A stretch of DNA of 64,000 bases, from NCBI GenBank assembly GCA_918797485.1, contig CAKKNE010000004.1, forward strand, positions 3,906,001 to 3,970,000, written 5' to 3'. Made by a program: the position numbers and the translations under genes. The notes beneath the pieces were generated by a model, which was not told the origin of the DNA, ran no database searches, and saw only the letters and a program-made list of their open reading frames with translations. The stretch comes from Pelagomonas calceolata (Eukaryota). Positions 60,251 through 64,000 of the stretch are shown in pieces (position 1 is the first letter of the stretch; each line of letters starts with the position of its first letter).

Positions 60251-60417
60251 TGTTGATTTGCTGGCAGGGGCAGCCCTTTGCGACTGCTAGCGTCTTTAAA
60301 GCGGCCGAGGCGCGAGAGGCTGCTTGCCTAGGTACAGGCGCTAGCTTTTGAAAAACGCGTATTGCGAATGAAACTTAGAGGTGAGAGGCCCGCTTGTCGG
60401 GCGAGGGCAGGGACACA

Positions 60418-62695
60418 CTAGAGCATCGCGAAGAACTCCTGCTCCGAGAGACACTTGATGCCGAGGCGCTGCGCGTTCTGGTAGGACGCGGAGCACTCGA
60501 CGGGCCGCCCGTCGGCCATGGTGTCGCCGAGGACCACGTAGGACACGCTCTCGTCGACGGTCTTCGCGACGGTGCCGCCGGCGGCCGCGACGCGCGACGA
60601 CGCCCGCGGCCGCGACTGCGTGAGGACGCCCACGAGCATCACCCGTTTGCCCGGTATCGTCTGGCGCGCGGGCGGCGGCGGCGGCGGTTGCGACCGCGCC
60701 GCGAGCGCGCGCGGGTTGGTCCCGAGCGCGCGGGGATTGGTCCCGAGCTCGCGCGGCGTCGGCCGCCGCGCGGGCGGAGCCGGCGACGGCGTAATCCGCG
60801 GCGCCGCCGGCGCGGGTCGCTTCGCCGGGCGCGGCGCCGGCGCCGGCGCCGAGCGCTTCGGGGCCGGCGGCCCGGCGCGCTTCGCGGCCGGCGGCGCCGC
60901 GCGCTTCGGGGCCGGCGGCCCGGCGCGGGGCGCCACGGCCGGCGGCCCGCGCTGCACGGGCTGCGGCGGCCCGCGCCGCGGCGGCGGCGCGGCCGGCGGC
61001 GTCTTTTTTTTGGTTGAGATCCAGCCGTCGTCGTTCGCCGGCGCGAACACCGGGTTCGCCGCCGCCTCGTCCTCGTAGACCGCGCGCGGATCACGAGATA
61101 ACAACCGGTCGACGTACTCCACCGCTCTCGGATGCGCCCGCACCACGCTCGGGTCGAAGTTCAGCACGCGCAGCTTCTTCATCGCCGTCGCCCGCGACAC
61201 CGCCACGTACGCCTGGCCGAACTCCCTACACCCTCTCAAATCCACCTCCAACAGATCCAGCGTCTGGCCCTGGGCCTTGTGGATCGTCACGGCCCAGGCT
61301 AATCGTAAAGGGAACTGCGACCTCGAGAACACCTCGCGCCCGCCCTCTTCCACGGTCTTCGCGTCCCGGTCTACGGTGGTGGTTTTGCCCGACGCCCACC
61401 TTACCACAACGCCGTCGACCGATCGAGACGGCGCTCGTACAAATTCCTCGACGACACCTCTAGCGCCGTTCGCGAGACCGGCTGATACGTCCAGATTCGA
61501 CAGGAGCATGACTTGCGCGCCGATCTTCAGTTTTAGAGTTGCAGCGTAGGGGTGGTGCCGCGCGTAGCGCTCGCCGTCGCCCTTGTCCACACAACTAAGG
61601 TGTTCCGGGGCCGTCTTCAAAGCTTTCAGTCGAGCGTCATTGATAGAATCGACGTCCGCGTTGTAGCACTGCAAGCGTGTCGGCTCGATGCCGCGCGACG
61701 TCCACTCAGATAAATCGGTGTGCTTCAACCTTCGAAGCAACGCGGCGCTCTTGTTCGACAGCTTGGCTATTCGCAACTCTCCCAGTATTTGTAAAAAGGT
61801 GTCGTCCCCGCTCTGCCGAAACACGCGCGTCAAGGCCCGCTGCTCCGGGAAGCAGCGGCGCCAGCACTTGGCCTCGAACGCAAAGCCTCCCCGCGCGGAC
61901 ACGGGCGGCAATTGGAGAAAATCCCCGCAACATAATAGTTGAACGCCACCGAAGGGCTTGTCATTGCCCCTAACATATCGAGCGACGTGATCCAATTTAT
62001 CAAACGTCGACGCATCCAACATACTGATCTCGTCGATGACCAACGTTTCACACGCGAGCCAGCGCTTCTTCGCTTTATAAGATGAGGCCACATGTCTAGC
62101 CAAGTCCGCGGCACTTTCACCGGCGTGGCCGACGCCCGCGAAGGCGTGGATCGTTTGGCCGCCGATCTGCGTGGCCGCGGCGCCCGTCGAGGCCGTCACG
62201 AAGACGCGGCGGCCGACGCGCTTCGCCGCCCGTATCGCCTCCTTGAGCGCGAAGGACTTGCCCGTGCCCTGCGTTTTACAAAATGAGTGTGCGGCCACGG
62301 ACGCCGTTTTGGCATTCATAGCCCTCTCTTGCTCTCGCTCCGCGACTGGCCGCGACATACATCGCACGTATCTCGGGCAAAGCATGCGGCGGAGCTCTCT
62401 CTCTTCGAGGATGGACGCCGGTTGGAACCGCGGACCCGGTGATGAAGCACGACGTGCCCTCCCTAGCTTTCGCGACGACGTCGAGCTGCTCGTCGCTCAG
62501 TTTTGCCTTGGTCTTGCGGATGCGCGCGTCGATCCTTTGCAACTGCGACGCGCCGAGCGAGCCCATGAGGTGCGTCTCCTCGCGGTTCGCGCCGAGCGGC
62601 CGCTTCTTCTCGGCGCCGCGGCGCATGAGGTCCGCGACGGAGACCTTGGCCTTCTTTTTGAGGGGCGGGCGCATCTTGTGGGTGAATTTGTCCAT
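60418..62695 (-). CDS. PIF1: PIF1-family DNA helicase with C-terminal BRCT domain
   Basis: Exons 62695-62429 and 62268-60418 (160-nt GT-AG intron) rebuild FITGSAGTGKS; IDEISM, PFGGVQL..GDFLQLPPV, QFPLRLAWAVTIHKAQG, GQAYVAVSRA. Confidence 0.93.
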
Positions 62696-63099
62696 CCTTT
62701 TTTGTTGCGCGCCGCCGCGCGCGGTGCGTTTGTAGTGTAGTACGCGGCGCAGCGCAGCGCGCGTGGCGTTTGTGGCGCAGCGCCGGCGCGCGATGCGTAT
62801 TGCAGCGCTGGTGCTCCTGGCACGGCTACAGCGTTATACGCGGCGCGTTTGAGCGCGGAAAGCCGCAATAGCCCCGCGCAGCGTATTATTTGAGTCCTAT
62901 GACGCGTCTGCGTCCACCGCGGCCGTGCGCCCGGTGCAATCGGGCTCAACAGCGGAGATGGATGGTTCGGCTAGAGACTGTCCCGCTAGGCTCGTTCTTT
63001 TAAGCCGACTTGTACGCCAGTCGGGGCGCGCCGTCATCGCGCGCGGCGACCAAGACTACGATGTGGGAGACTTTAGACAGTAGGGGAGGCATGGACGAC

Positions 63100-63979
63100 C
63101 TACTGCTTCTCGCAGAAGTCCTTGATGAAGCCCGTCGTGAGCGACTTGGGCCGCTCGAGCGGCAGCCCCAACGCGCGGTCCCAGAAGACCTGGCTGAGAG
63201 CCCCGATGGCCCGCGACACGCCGAAGAGGACCGTGTAGTACTCGTACTGCGTGAAGCCGTAGTGCCACAGGAGGACGCCGGAGTGGGAGTCGACGTTCGG
63301 GTAGGGATTCGCCGTCTTGCCGTGCTCCGTCAGCACGCCGGGCATGACCTTGTAGATCGTGTCGACGACCTTGAACAATTCGTCGTCGGGCAGGTGCTTG
63401 AAGGCGAATTCGCGCTGGCACGTGTAGCGCGGGTCCGTCTTTCTTAAAACCGCATGTCCGAAGCCGGGGATCACTTTGCCCGCATTTAGAGTTTCCCACG
63501 CGAACTCCGTGATGGTCTTTTCGTTGACCTCTCTGCCCTCGGCGTCGAACTTGGCCTTGAGGTCCTGGATCCAGCCGAGGACTTCCTGGTTGGCGAGGCC
63601 GTGTAAGGGGCCCGCCAGCGCATTTAAGCCTCCAACGTAGGCGTTGTAGGGGTCCGACAGCGTCGAACCGACTAAGTGGGTAGCATGGGCCGAGGCGTTG
63701 CCGCCCTCGTGGTCTGAGTGGATGACGAGGTACAAACGCATGAGCTCGTCGAAGCCCGGCGAGTCCATCCCCAACATTCGACAAAAATTTGCCGAGTAGT
63801 CCAGCGACGTGTCTCCTTTCAGCTGTTCACCGTTGAAGTAGGTGTTGCGGTAGACGCGCGCCGCGATCGGCGCGAGCTTCGCGATCACATCTAAGACGTC
63901 CTCGTACGTCGACTCCCAGTACTTCGTCTTGTGGACGCCATCCGAGTAGGCCTTGGCGAAGTTCGACTCGGTCTGGCAC
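63100..63979 (-). CDS. CS: Mitochondrial-type citrate synthase, last exon (5' part outside window)
   Basis: [52 protein letters not shown]; acceptor CAG just upstream of 63979. Confidence 0.96.
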
Positions 63980-64000
63980 CTGCGTTGTTATGGTGTTTTT

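Noticed and set aside
62269..62428. PIF1 intron as an introner
   Set aside because: No TSD (GTTCCAAC vs GGCACGGG) and only a weak match between the ends
60418..62695. PIF1 as a Helitron
   Set aside because: No Rep/HUH motifs or Helitron termini; has an intron and looks like a host gene
1..64000. Operon, prophage or bacterial defence island
   Set aside because: Genes are eukaryotic, functionally unrelated, on mixed strands, with spliceosomal introns; no integrase, capsid or defence genes seen; no tRNA or rRNA recognised

Overview
Gene-dense, GC-rich eukaryotic nuclear DNA, not a prokaryotic replicon. It holds about 45 short, mostly intronless genes on both strands with very short intergenic gaps. 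An ASAFAP-type plastid targeting signal, Tab2, a triose-phosphate translocator, alternative oxidase, an IFT-B subunit and spliceosomal introns point to a flagellated ochrophyte alga; a pelagophyte (Pelagomonas/Aureococcus-like) is my inference. Most notable observations: (1) introns that are intact miniature transposons (introner type), one with a perfect 15-bp TIR and 8-bp TSD in IFT38/CLUAP1 and a shrunken relative in another gene; (2) a recurrent bipartite CTAG-N14-CTAG (GTAAGRCACTAG) motif upstream of many genes; (3) an unclassified 962-bp non-coding, hairpin-rich insertion whose empty site is preserved in an adjacent tandem copy; (4) unusual domain fusions (PIF1-BRCT, DHHC-WW, PIP-degron/GNAT/bromodomain/AP2, SET-AP2, LENG8-like module + ankyrin); (5) a signal-peptide-bearing bacterial-type TtcA. 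All product calls come from recognising motifs by eye; no database search was run.
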